Shown here one piece after another: positions 12,915 to 26,144 of a DNA stretch of 64,000 bases. Where the stretch lies: contig OX597826.1 of NCBI GenBank assembly GCA_951406725.2, positions 39,804,001-39,868,000 of the forward strand, written 5' to 3'. Numbering within the stretch: position 1 is the first letter of the stretch; each line of letters starts with the position of its first letter. The notes beneath the pieces are model-generated. The model was not told where the DNA came from. It searched no databases and saw only the letters and a list, made by a program, of their open reading frames with translations. The position numbers were made by a program, and so were the translations under genes. The stretch is from Octopus vulgaris (Eukaryota).

Positions 12915-13320
12915 TTTTTCATTTCTACGATAGGCACAAAACGTGAAACTTTTAGGAGTAGGGCGGTGGTCGATTACATCGATCCCAGTGCCCAGGTGGT
13001 TCTTATTTTATCGACCCCGAAAGGATAAAAGGAAAAGTCGATCTCGTAAAGTTGAGAGAAATGTCTATAAGCATTCTGCCTGGGATGTCATTCGCCGCTT
13101 TCCTAAAATGTAATAATGACTTCAAATTTTGGCATGAGGCCAGCAATTCTGGAGGAGTGGTGGTTCGATTATATCGATCCCAGTGCTCAACTAGTGCTTA
13201 TTTTATCGATACCGAGAGGAAAGACAAAACCATTCTCGGTGGAATTTGAACTCAGACCGTAAAGACGGATGAAATGCCGCTAAGCATTTTGCCTGGCGTT
13301 CTAACTGCCTTCCTAAACTG
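12915..13320 (-). mobile_element. Degenerate tandem SINE family D copies
   Basis: atcgaccccgaaaggat...aaagtcga and ggaatttgaactcaga motifs repeated. Confidence 0.65.
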
Positions 13321-13321
<1 letters not shown>

Positions 13322-13368
<47 letters not shown>

Positions 13369-13394
13369 TAATAATAATAATAATAATAATAATG

Positions 13395-13456
<62 letters not shown>
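13322..13456. repeat. (TAA)n microsatellite
   Basis: Direct observation. Confidence 0.98.
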
Positions 13457-14781
13457 CGAGCAACCTGATGTCGTTTAGCAAGTGACCTTGCTTCCAAGCT
13501 GACCCAAGACTTGGTACATTCACGCACCCCACTCAGAATACGATCATATTTATCAGAGAAACAAAATGGTAGAACGTCACTTGCCTTGGATTTTGAGAAG
13601 GTTTCCTCGTCTGAAGAATTATAATTAATGAATGGCCTTCTCAAGTACTTTTGACTGGATTTAGCCTAAAAGGCCCAATATCTATTCGATATTTTATTTT
13701 AGTTCCAAGTATGCCTTCATGTCTGTTTTTATAAGTTATCTGTCATGGGGAGTTTTCGACAGAGGTTCTTGGAAACCCAGTCCTTTTATATGAGTTTCGT
13801 GTTGCTCATTATTTCTTGCATCAGCTCGCTGTTGCTCTTTAGTAAGACTGTGAAGTTAATGAGGCGTTTGGGTGCTATAGTCAATTGTACGAGTTGTTCT
13901 TGTGATTGTTGCTTCTCTTCGTGTATTTGTTTCTGTTTTGATGCTTTTTGAAGTTGTGACTGTGATTGAATGAATGTGCATTGCCTTTGTTTGTGTGATT
14001 TGGGTGAGTGTGTCGGTGTTGTTGCTAGTGTAGCCGATGGATTAGGTGAACTTAAGTGAATATTACCCGTTCTGTCTTTTCACTTTCAGCTTGGGACGGT
14101 CGATTTTAAAACTATTTTTCTGCTTTTCTTCCACTCAAGTCCTTCTTGACAGATTCAATTCTTGCTCGTTTCTTAATAGGTGGTAGATAGTGGTGACAGT
14201 CAATGAAATCGATTTCATTTCTCGATTGGTTCTTATTCTGTCGCTTTTAAAAGATGAAATTAGACATTCGATGGATGTGAACTCAGAATATACTGATGTA
14301 ATTCTAACATCGAAACCCATTGTGATCGATGCCACACTAATGCTGTCACTGATATATCTATAACAATAATGATTTTATTGGCGTTTTGACGATGTTATGT
14401 TTGTTGTCTTAATAGTTATTTCAAGTTCTTGTTTCATTCGTTCTGGTTGTTGTCAGAGATTTCTGTTGTTGACGTTGATGCTGTTTCAGTAATTATTCTG
14501 GTTGTTGTAATGTTGTCTTGAGCCTCCTTATATCAACGTATTTTATGTTCATTCCGGCACAATGCGCATGCCGGCGCCGGAATTTTGGAGGTGTACAATT
14601 GCGTTAAATGACGTTCTTTAAGTCTTTAATGTTTTTCTTATAGCTGCACATTTTGTCAGATAAGATTTCAAGTATGGTCTCAAGTATATTCTGTGATTTC
14701 CTACAGACTCCATGGAACCCTTATGTAGATATCTCATAATCTGAATTTACATATATATGCAGATGTCTGTTTGTATATGTA

Positions 14782-14820
<39 letters not shown>

Positions 14821-14821
14821 A

Positions 14822-14859
<38 letters not shown>

Positions 14860-14913
14860 GCTATCAAGCATTCTATATATATATACACATACTTATACAT
14901 TTTTATATATGTG

Positions 14914-14964
<51 letters not shown>

Positions 14965-15548
14965 ATGTATGCATATTATCCTTTTAAATGGATCTGTGGA
15001 TCTTTAGAGTTTACTTTCAAATAATCGGCTTCTTGATTATATGGCTTTGATAAAAGAAGAAATAATATACTTTGGTGCTGCCTTGTTATTTTTTCATCTT
15101 TGGCATAACCACCTATCCTTTCTATCTTATTGGTTTCCAGATTTTTATTATCTCAGAAATGAAAATAATATGTACCATGGGAAATACAGTCATGTTTTAT
15201 TCACGAATAATCCAATTTAATCCAAACGTGTTGACTATATAATCATGTATGTAGTTATCTATGTATGTATATAAGTTTTAGTAAGTTGGAAGTAACATTC
15301 TTAATTGTTAAAAATTAGTCTAGCCTCTAAAGCAGTAAAGTTGTAATGTCAATGCACTAACTTTAATACATCATCATTTTCTCTCGCTTCTGTATGCTCA
15401 TAGCTTCTTTTTTGTTTTGGGTGGGTTCGCTCCGATCTTTATTCATAATGCTGCAATAAAATAAACCCAGCAGTGGTAAACGGAATTTATTGTGGGGAGA
15501 CATTTTCCTTCTGATTAATGGAAACAAATAAAAAGAAAGTAAAATATT

Positions 15549-16130
15549 CTTTTCTACTCTAGGCACAAGGCCCGAAATTTTTGAGTGGGGGTCTAGTCGA
15601 TTAGATCGACCCAAGTGCGCAACTAGTACTTAATTTGTCAACCCCGAAAGGATGAAAAGCAAAGTTGACCTCGGCGGAATTTGAACTCAGAACGTAAAGA
15701 CAGGCGAAATACCTATTTGTTTACTACCCACAAGGGGCTAAACACAGAGAGGACAAACAATGACAGACAAACGGATTAAGTCGATTATATCGACCCCAGT
15801 GCGTAACAGGTACTTAATTTATCGACTCCGAAAGGATGAAAGGCAAAGTCGACCTCGGCGGAATTTGAACTCATAACGTAACGGCATCCGAAATACCTAT
15901 TTCTTTACTACCCACAAAGGGGTCAACACAGAGAGGACAAACAAGGACAGACAAACGGATTAAGTCGATTATATTGGCCCCAGTGCGTAACTGGTACTTA
16001 ATTTATCGACCCTGAAAGGATGAAAGGCAAAGTCTACCTCGGCGGAATTTGAACTCAGAACGTAGCAGCAGACGAAATACGGCTACGCATTTCGCCAGGC
16101 GTGCTAATGTTTCTGCCAGCTCGCTGCCTT
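15549..16130 (-). mobile_element. Trimeric SINE (family D) with 16-bp TSD
   Basis: Three ~180-bp core units and one head; aagaaagtaaaatatt at 15533-15548 and 16131-16146. Confidence 0.9.
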
Positions 16131-16279
16131 AAGAAAGTAAAATATTGAAAGTGTGGTTTAGTACTTTATTAGATAAAATAGAAATTAACGACAGACGACA
16201 GCTCAATAGATGAGTAACGGTTGTGTATAATCAGTTCTCATGAAATCTTCAAGTAGAAATTGCAAATTCCGACCATATC

Positions 16280-16620
16280 ATTAACTGTTCTCCACATATA
16301 GTCACGTAAGTATTGTAGCGCACAAATAGCCGAGAGTACTGCTATTCATATCCTGTCAAAGGCAGTACTTTGTGTTTATGACCAGAACATTTTACTTGCA
16401 ACTGCCACAGTCCATGGGGTTGTAAAATAAGCACAAGAGTGCAGTGAAGAAACAACTAGTCATGCCAAACAGTGGCATTACTAATTCATTCGACTACTGT
16501 ACAGAGTTCAATTTCATCCTGTAGTAAAAGCTGTCCGCGATGCACAAGTATTTTATTATGATGAACACTAGAAATAAGCTGCAGGTTTTATGTCAATGGA
16601 ATTCGAAAAGAGATGAATGA
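16280..16620 (-). mobile_element. Possible pogo/Tigger transposase relic
   Basis: Frameshifted ILQP/MD motif resembling DDE_1 LQPMD; heavily decayed. Confidence 0.3.
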
Positions 16621-17699
16621 GGAGAACGATGGAAATATGAATTCTGACTGTGTTTAAGCCGTGGATGTGTTTTAGTTGTTGGTTCGTGTACTTTTAAGTC
16701 GAAATTTTATTTTAGAAAATCATGAGCGTCACGCTATCTGATCTCCACCTCCCTACATCACATGTCATTGGTGATCGAATGGAGTTTGAACGCAATTGTA
16801 ATTCAATCATTCTGGAAAACTGAAGTGTTTTCTTCAAATGTAGTTGAGCCACCACATACAATATACATGAAAACGTAAGACAGAACTGTCACTGCATGTA
16901 GGTCTCTAATCATAGATCAACCAGATTAGCGACGATTTGGTGCTACATAAAAAAAAATATAAATAAAGATCAGCCCCTGCATAAATCAGCTGAGAGACTA
17001 CAGAAAACAATTTTTGAATACTCCTGTTTACATAAATTAACTATCTCTTCAGTTTACAACATATTTATAGGTATATGGGTGGGACGAGCGAAGGTACTCA
17101 AAATATGTGACGAAGTAGTCACAATTAGACAGGTAGTACGAGTTGTTAAACGACTAGGAAATCTAGAAAACTATTCAGAGAAACTGCTTTAATTATCATC
17201 AAATCAGATAAAGTATTTAGAAATTATCAAGGGATTAAACACATCACATGGAATCAAGGAATATCAAGAGATAATTAAGAAAATTAAATGTTTCTTGATT
17301 AAAGAATGAAGTGAACAACGCCTCGCACACAGACACTCATATTCAATTATAGGCATTTCTCTCTATCTCTCTGTCTGCCTATCTCTGTCTCTCTGTATGC
17401 CTGTCTCTATCTCTCTCCCTCTATCATGCTGATACCCCCCACCCTGTCATCTTGCTTGCTTTTCTGTTTCTCAAACACGAACGGACACCAACCCGAAATA
17501 ATGATAATAATAATTGGAATGCTCACTCGGACAAGATTCTGTCAAGATTGTGGCTAAATATTTCTCTCAGCCATATACAACCCTTTCTTATTTATTTCTC
17601 TCACAATGTAACACCATCATGGAGAAAGGAAAAAGAGAGTGAGTTAATTATTAAAGACCTAACTATTGCGAGTTACAATTACTCTGGAAGTTATTAACT

Positions 17700-18811
17700 T
17701 GCCTCATAGCAGATGAATAATTAACTTTCTGAATGTGGCATATTGTCAGAGGAAACCCCAAGGACGTTTATAATGGTTTGTACATTAGGAGATGGCGCTC
17801 CAGCTTTATGAAGAGTTAAAAAAAATGGGCAGCAGAATTTAGGAGGCGAAAAGGATGATCTTGAAGGTAATCCAAATGTTGGACGTCCTCCAACTGCCAC
17901 TACCGAGGAAACATTGATTGTGTTCACCACATGCTGATGACTGACAGGCGATTGCCTATAAAACGAATAGCCAATACTATAAGCATATACTGTGGGATTG
18001 TTCAGAATATTCTGCACAATGAACTTGGTATAACGAAGGTTTCAGCTGCTTGGGTGCCACGTCTTCAGGCACCTGATCAAAAGCGCACCAGGCTGATCAC
18101 ATCACGGGAAATCTGACGTCGTTTGAAGCAGATCAAGCTGGCTTCCGTTACTATTCACTAACCCAGGATGGGTTTTGGGTTCATTATTTTGTGCTTGAGA
18201 CAAAGAGACAATCCATGCAGTGGAAACACTTCTCCTCAACTGCTTCGAAGAAGTCCGAGGTCGTTTCATCTGCTGAGAAGGTGATATTTCAGTTTTTTAA
18301 GGATGCAAAGTGCATTGTGTTCATTGACTATCTTCAGAAGGATCACGGCATCAGTGGAGAGTATTATGCCAACTTATTGAGGCAGTTACGAAAGGATATC
18401 AAGACCAAATGCCAAGGAAAACTGAGGAGAGGGTCTTTTTTCATTAAGACAATGCTCCGGTACACAAATCCACAAGTCCTTCCTTCAATGGTCGTCGTGC
18501 ATAACTATTGCTTTGGACTGGTTGATCACCATTCCTATTCTGATTTGGCCTCATCTGAATATCATCTGTTCCCCGACACGTAAAAACAAACTCAGCCAGT
18601 AACCAGTATCGCAGTGATGAAGATATCATATTTGCTGTTAATGAAGTTTTTGACCAACAGGATGAAAGCTTCACCAATACGATCAAAGCAATGTGACATC
18701 GATGGAGAAGTGTGTGGACTGCTAGTGAGACCATGTTGAAAAATAAACCTCATTTGGTCATATTCCATGAGAATATCTTGGTCAGCCTATGACCTTTTCA
18801 ATCGACTCTCG
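17700..18811 (+). mobile_element. Decayed mariner transposon
   Basis: WVPRL, ETKRQSMQWKH and HSYSDLASSEYHLFP (YSPDLAPSDYHLF-like) motifs; TIR-like end ttttcaatcgactctcgt. Confidence 0.9.
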
Positions 18812-19479
18812 TGGACTGCAAGAAAATTTACGATAATTTTTCACACTGTTGGATCTTGGAGTGCCTGAGGACGCTGGGGGTTAATAAGAAGATATAAACA
18901 TTTTATTGTGTATTTATTGTCGTTAGCAAGGAGGACTGAGGTACGTAGACTAAACTGTTTGCAATCTGACTCGTAACGAAACATTTCATAGAAAGCGTGA
19001 ATTGAAATGACAGTAGATGTCTGTCAGTTCTCAGAATATTCAGTCAGTAATTTCACTTTCAGTTCACTTGCAGGAAATTAATTCATCGCCTCAGAGTGGA
19101 CAATAAGATAAAAGTTTGTCATCTTGTAATTTGAACTTTAAAATTAGGGGGGACAAAAGGGTACATTGTAAATGCAGTAAACTGCTTCTCTACAGGATCT
19201 GTCAAATAAACTAACTTCAGTTGCCACTCAACTGCTATGGATAGATTCTACACTGCTGGAAAATATACACAGCTGTATCGATCACAGTATGTCCTTGGTA
19301 AAAAATTTCAACTACCACCGATAGAGATGTGTGTAATTAAAGAATCAGTTTTATAGTTTTTCTTGTTTATCCTTATGCCAGATTTTCTGAGAAAACATAT
19401 AATCAATACCATTTTACCGTTCATGATATTGTATTTCATCTCGCAATATATACATTGAACTACATTTTCCAGTGTTGTA

Positions 19480-20300
19480 TTTCATGTCCTCAATAAAGAA
19501 ATCTACAATTTGCGACACGAGCTGTAGTTAGAGGGTACTGGTTTCCAGAAAGAACACTACTTGGTCACCAATTCGGACTTGGTGTTGCAGGCAGAGCGCT
19601 TGGTGTGTTTCTCAAGCGACACCACGCATCGAGATGCATGCAATTAGAATCAAGGGAATTAGGAGGCCAGAAATTAGGGGTAGTGGAGACGCAGATATTC
19701 TCCGACAACCATTCTGACAATTTTCGAAGGTATTGCAAGGAGCGGAATCCTCCTCCCACACATATGGCCTTCCAGCATCAATCCTCTTCACTCAGGATTT
19801 GATCACAGTCACAACTACCTTCACATAGAGATCTTAATTGAGTGTAAGTCTCAATTCAAATATGTCATCCTCACTGGAAACACACACAAAGACCATCAAA
19901 GTTTGGCGGAACTTGATGATTTTCATGATACGTCGACATCAAATGGATTGCGTGCAAACAAACCTGTTGTTTTAGGTGTTGTGTGACTGGCCCTGACAGA
20001 AACTCCTTTCATCTGAAAAGAACCAGATCATTCCCAGCTCAAAAAGATGCCTCAACTTGTTTAGCTTATTTGCCTTCGTCAGTACTCTTTGGCTTTGTCT
20101 GTCAGAATTTGTCCCTTGCACCTCTTGTAAGTGTGGTACCTAAAGTCTTTATTTAGGGCCAGCTTCATGGTGACAACTGTGCACCTGTCGCTCTGGTCAA
20201 AGCCCGGATTTCCTTGCTCGGAACTCCCATCACCCTATCCTGCATTTCGTGGGAGAATTCTGGCGTGCGAACGCAGTTAGGACGTCTGCTATGTTTTTTC
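19480..20300 (-). mobile_element. Decayed Tc1/mariner superfamily (maT/DD37D-like) transposase
   Basis: WFFSDERSF and FWPPNSLDSNCM motifs; related to 63085-64000. Confidence 0.75.
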
Positions 20301-21029
20301 TCGCTGGCCACTGTTTTGTAATCTCCGTTGCCGCTGCCATGTTACTCTCCATTGCTGGTGTTCCCGTGCCAACCCCACTGCATCCTTCAAGATGACGTTG
20401 AGCCTCTGCAGATCCTCCCCAATCACGTCCAGCCAGCTCCTGCTACATCACCCAACCAATTCTTTACTCACTCCGTCTACTTCTGAAATATATATATCAT
20501 CTTGGATAAGTTCGATTTATCAATGCTGTTCTATCAATAAAATAAGGCTTAAAAACAAGCATTGAGATCAGAAAAAATTATTGGAATTTTGCTTATGTAA
20601 AAAAAATATTTTTGAACTCATCACGTATATCTGCTTCGAAAGTAAACACCATAATACGAATTTACATCATATCAGAGATGACAGTGCTTTTAAGTACACG
20701 GTCACACGCAACACGACATGATATTGTACAGGGTCATATTTATCGCCCAGACATTAGAAGTAGAATATCAAAATTCTCTCCGGAATATATTTTACTTTCT
20801 GTCTCTTAAGTCAATAGTTACGAGACCCTTATATTAACGACTGATTTATGGATATTTGCTTTAGTTTTGGTATTGTTTAATTATTCAGACGTTTAGTCAT
20901 CTCTTGTTTGCGGTCGATAATGTATTTATAAAGATGTTTTAGCTGCAGAAAATAACTTTGGAACTTCACTGTGCATACATAAGAAATAATACGGAAGGTT
21001 AAATGTCCGAATGCAGTTTGGTAGTTCTT

Positions 21030-21372
21030 CGATATATTGAGGAGATCCCCTGCGATCATGAATGACCATGGGTTTGCACCTAGAAAGTTACCCTCCGGGG
21101 CACAAGTCTAGGTAAGATTGTTTCTGGAAGGCCAGCAGTCGCCCATGCATACCAGCCTTCCCTCTCCACACCACCGATGTTATCCAAGGGAAAGGCAAAG
21201 GCCGATACAGCTTGGCACCAGTGATGCCACAACTAATTTCTACAGCTATGTTAACCGATAACGTGAAATAAAGTGTCTTGCTCAAGAACACAACACGCAG
21301 CCCGGTTCGGGAATCGAACTCACAACCTCACGATCGTAAGCTCGACGCTCTAACCACTGAGCCATGCGCCTT
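21030..21372 (-). mobile_element. tRNA-derived SINE (family C)
   Basis: ggcgcatggctcagtggttagagcg...gagttcgattccc head and cttgagcaagacacttt CORE-like segment. Confidence 0.85.
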
Positions 21373-21650
21373 TACATTTTATTGTTGATTTGTAATATAA
21401 GAGAACTGTATATTTCCGTGATACGTATAAAAAGTTTTCTCTTCAAACATCTATTTGACAAAATCATGTTATCTTTTTTTCATTTTCTTTCTCGTAATGA
21501 CAAGAGACGGAGCAATATGAAAACTTTATGAAGATTACCAGGAAAAAACTTTCGGTGATGAAATAATAATTTATAGTGGACTCTTATGTTAGCTGGCATA
21601 ATGGCAACATTCGAATGAAATTAGTGTGTGAAGTGGTTGAGTAGTTCACA

Positions 21651-22034
21651 GAGGCGCAATGGCTCAGTGGTTAGGGCAGCAGACTCGCGGTCGTAGGATC
21701 GCGGTTTCAATTCCCAGACCGGGCGTTGTGAGTGTTTATTGAGCGAAAACACCTAAAGCTCCACGAGGCTCCGGCAGGGATGGTGGTGATCCCTGCTGTA
21801 CTCTTTCACCACAACTTTCTCTCACTCTTACTTCCTGTTTCTGTTGTACCTGTATTTCAAAGGGCCGGCCTTGTCACTCTCTGTGTCACGCTGAATATCC
21901 CCGAGAACTACGTTAAGGGTACACGTGTCTGTGGAGTGCTCAGCCACTTACACGTTAATTTGACGAGCAGGCTGTTCCGTTGATCGGATCAACCGGAACC
22001 CTCATCGTCGTAACCGACGGAGTGCTTCCATCCA
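21651..22034 (+). mobile_element. tRNA-derived SINE (family B head, alternative tail) with TSD
   Basis: tgagtagttcacaga at 21638-21652 and 22035-22049; a second partial tail lies at ~22170-22336. Confidence 0.85.
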
Positions 22035-22064
22035 TGAGTAGTTCACAGACTTGTATAATCTTTA

Positions 22065-22164
22065 NNNNNNNNNNNNNNNNNNNNNNNNNNNNNNNNNNNN
22101 NNNNNNNNNNNNNNNNNNNNNNNNNNNNNNNNNNNNNNNNNNNNNNNNNNNNNNNNNNNNNNNN
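22065..22164. other. Assembly gap (100 N)
   Basis: Run of N. Confidence 1.
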
Positions 22165-22351
22165 TCAATAGGCCAGCGTTGACACACTCTCTGACACGCT
22201 GAATCTCCCTGAGAACTACATTAAGGCTACACGTGTCTGTGCAGTACTTAGCCGCTTGCACGTTAACTTCACAAGCAAGCTGTTCCGTTGATCAGATCAA
22301 CTGGAACCTTCATCGTCGCAACCAACGGAGCGCCACGATATGTATATATAT

Positions 22352-22718
22352 ATTCTCAAACGCAGCATAATGCTAATAATATAGACTGAACAGGATAAGC
22401 TACCCGTATTTTACAGAGAAAAGTGTTGGCTGCCGGATATGAAAGTCGAACTCACACCTCCGTGATTACGCATCGGGGTGCTCTAATGGCTCAGAGTACC
22501 GCGACGCATAATCACGGAGGTGTGAGTTTGACACTCATAGCCGGCTGCCAACACTTTCTTCTGAAACATAGGGGTAGCTTACCCTGTTCAGGCTATATTA
22601 TTAGCATTATCCTGCGTTTGAGAATTTAAAATCACTTCTTTAACTTTCTAAGACATCTCAACGTTTCTAAAGTAAACTTCGTTTGTTTGTTTATGTTCAT
22701 CGTAATTTGAATTTACAT
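22352..22718. mobile_element. TA-flanked foldback element with tRNA-like centre
   Basis: Diverged inverted arms 22352-22484 / 22493-22625; tggctcag and gagtt(c/t)gac box-like motifs. Confidence 0.7.
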
Positions 22719-22733
22719 ATATATATATATCTA

Positions 22734-22810
<77 letters not shown>

Positions 22811-22872
22811 TATAATTATGAACAGGGCAAACTTTTAGCTATTTCTCCGCATTCTGAAAAAAATGATGAACA

Positions 22873-22915
22873 ACCTTAATCGATTTTCAAACATTAGTGG
22901 GTTCTCATCGGAAGC
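22873..22915 (-). ncRNA. Type I hammerhead motif (copy 1)
   Basis: gctt-CCGATGA-gaacccactaatgttt-GAAA-atcgat-TA-aggt; palindromic stem III AATCGATT. Confidence 0.65.
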
Positions 22916-23178
22916 GTCTACATCATTCTGACAGTCTCCAGAGAAACAAGCAGCGAAGCTGTTTATATACTCAACAAATGCAGCAGTTACTCTATGCAAG
23001 AGTCCCTAATTTGCATACCGAACGTATTTATTATTCTATAAATACCAGCGGCCTGTCAACGGGAATCTTAGTCCACACAGTATAAAAGTATGATATAACA
23101 TATATGTAACATATGGTGTAATTTTAAACCGGGCAGATTTTATCCATTTCTCTGCAGATTGAAAAGAAATGAGGAACA

Positions 23179-23221
23179 ACCTTAATCAACTTTCAAACCT
23201 AATTGGGTTCTCATCAGAGGC
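23179..23221 (-). ncRNA. Type I hammerhead motif (copy 2, canonical core)
   Basis: gcct-CTGATGA-gaacc-caatta-ggttt-GAAA-gttgat-TA-aggt. Confidence 0.8.
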
Positions 23222-23415
23222 ATCTACATCATTCTGACAGTCTCCAGAGAAACAAGTAGCCAAACTGTTTATATACTCAACAAATACAACAGTTACTCTA
23301 TGAAAGTGTCCCAAATTTGCATACTGAAATTGTTTAACATATATGTAACATATGGTATAATTATAAACAAGGCAAATTTTAACCTTTTCTCCACATCCTA
23401 TAATATACATATGTA

Positions 23416-23714
23416 TGTTCCTTCTCGAGCCATGCCTGGCTCATAAGGGCCGGTTTCCTGGTTTCCTTGGCGTATAGGTTCCCCACCTGAACGGGGCGCC
23501 GGTCCGTCGCAGGTGAGCTGAAAGATGCAGGAGGAAAGAGTGGGAGAAAGTTGTGGCGAAAGAGTCATCAGAAGTTCGCCATTACCTTCTGCCGGAGCCG
23601 CGTGGAGCTTAGGTGTTTCGTTCATAAACACACATATCGCCCGGTCTGGGATTCGAACCCACGATCCTTCGACCGCGAGTCCGCTGCTCTAGCCAGTAGG
23701 CCATGTGCCTCCAC
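23416..23714 (-). mobile_element. tRNA-derived SINE (family B)
   Basis: Reverse complement of the 5753-6055 copy. Confidence 0.85.
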
Positions 23715-23728
23715 AATCATATACATAC

Positions 23729-23856
<128 letters not shown>

Positions 23857-24258
23857 ATGTGGAGTTTGTACTTATGCATGTGTGCGTGTATGTCTATAAT
23901 TTTATGTGTGTCTGTGCGCATACAGAGCTTCTGAATATGTATGAAACAATAAACTATGTTAGTACTGTGGTACGTAATGGAATATGATGAAATGAATTTT
24001 TATTTCATTCGTTTCATGAAATAAGTGCATATAAAATGGCAATGCGTTTTATAAGTTTTAGGCGGGTTGAGAAAATGAAAGTTATGGTATTTAGTGTCTT
24101 TCTCAGAAGCGTATGGAAGTAACCACTATAATGTACTAAGCAACGATAATGAAAATAATGGCTTGGAATTAAATGGTATTGCTGCCAGATATATAAATGT
24201 TCTACCCTACCTTCTCTACCGAAGGCTACACACACACATACACACACACACATGCACA

Positions 24259-24304
<46 letters not shown>

Positions 24305-24597
24305 AATGTATCTCGTACATGTTAGAAACTTTCACATATTCCATACTCTACCTACCGTGGTCATTTAATGCTGATAACATTTTTTTCCATTAAGGTTTAA
24401 TATTGCTTATTTACCTTCCACTATATAGTGGATGCTTAATATATACGGCCAGGCACACATGCCTGCGTCCAGCGAAGAGAAAAAAGGGGAGGAAAGAGAG
24501 AGGAGACAAATTAAAGAGAGAGATGGGGTATATGTGTATATATATATGTATATATATATATATATATAAAGAGGCATACACGCACACACACACATAT

Positions 24598-24639
<42 letters not shown>

Positions 24640-24641
<2 letters not shown>

Positions 24642-24841
24642 CAGCGTGTGTATCGTTGGCGATATTTTTTCCTCCGTCTTCCCGTCCTTCGATCTTTCCT
24701 TTTTCTATGTTTCTGACGAAGAGCTGCGCTCGAAAAGTTCAATCTTTCTTCTTTCTTTCCTTTCCTGATTGTCCAATAACACTATACTTGTTCCACGTCC
24801 TCGCGTTGTTGTGTTTTCTCTTTGTGTTTTCATGTTTGGAT

Positions 24842-24846
<5 letters not shown>
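24640..24846 (+). mobile_element. Short TA-flanked element with hammerhead-like core
   Basis: gttt-CTGACGA-a-gagc-tgc-gctc-GAAA at 24709-24736; second copy at 9303-9525. Confidence 0.7.
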
Positions 24847-24896
<50 letters not shown>

Positions 24897-24897
<1 letters not shown>

Positions 24898-25101
24898 CAG
24901 TCGCCATGATAGATCGTTAGCCACTACACACATTTTTTTCTTTCCTTGTTTCTCTCCTTGTTTTTTCTGTGTCCCTCTCTGTAGAAGAGCGTAGGCTCGA
25001 AACGCAAAAGACTTTTTCTATTCCTGAGCGTTATACTAATACATGTGTTTGTTTTGTACACCACCTGTCTTCGTCTTTTGTGTTTTCGTAAACTATCCCT
25101 A
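24897..25101 (+). mobile_element. Related short TA-flanked element with hammerhead-like core
   Basis: CTGTAGA-a-gagc-gtag-gctc-GAAACGCA at 24979-25006. Confidence 0.6.
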
Positions 25102-25104
25102 TAC

Positions 25105-25162
<58 letters not shown>

Positions 25163-25166
<4 letters not shown>

Positions 25167-25197
25167 ATATCTGGACATCCTTATTAATTATTCACAT

Positions 25198-25251
<54 letters not shown>

Positions 25252-25543
25252 GTTGTATTTAGGAATGGTCATGTTGCCAGTTTAGCCATTAAAACACACT
25301 CACTATATATTTGGTGTTAATTTGCTTCAGATTTATTTATTTTTTGCATTAATCTTAATTTTATTTCGGCCAGAGTTCTGTGACCTTAAAAAATAAATAA
25401 AGCCGAAGCAAATTAACACCAAATAAAAAGTGCGTTTGTTTTTATCGGTTAAACTGGCAACATGACCATTCCTAAATACAACAACATCTGTTTCAACACA
25501 CCACTTCACATCAAGAATCTTGCAAAACAAATAAATAAACGTA

Positions 25544-25592
<49 letters not shown>

Positions 25593-25690
25593 CAATTATC
25601 AAGGCGGCTATTCCTCTATTTACATAATATCGAGGTCTCTTTCATTCTTTTGCTATTATGTAAATAAAGGAATAGCCACCTTGATAATTG

Positions 25691-25762
<72 letters not shown>

Positions 25763-26070
25763 GTTTATATATTTGTCTTGCAAGATTCTTGATGTGAAGT
25801 GGTGTGTTGAAACAGATATTGTTGTATTTAGGAATGGTCATGTTGCCAGTTTAACCAATAAAAACACACGCACTTTTTATTTGGTGTTAATTTGCTTCAG
25901 CTTTATTTATTTTTTAAGGTCACAGAACTCTGGCCGAAATAAAATTAAGATTAATGCAAAAAATAAATAAATCTGAAGCAAATTAACACCAAATATAGTG
26001 AGTGTGTTTTAATGGCTAAACTGGCAACATGACCATTCCTAAATTCAACAAGATATATATATATATATAT

Positions 26071-26144
<74 letters not shown>

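Larger units (their letters stand above)
22805..23400 (-). repeat. Tandem repeat (~239-bp unit, ~2.2 copies) with a hammerhead in each full unit; retrozyme-like
   Basis: Units start at 22805, 23111 and 23350; HHR motifs at 22873-22915 and 23179-23221. Confidence 0.8.

Noticed and set aside
13203-13644. Poly-Y, poly-L and poly-N ORFs
   Set aside because: Produced by (TAA)n. The adjacent 13460-14560 region may be a retroelement relic, but I could not identify a motif
17015-17057. Minus-strand CTGAAGA...TAAAC-agga-GTA
   Set aside because: Weak stems, G12 missing and no element context; compatible with chance
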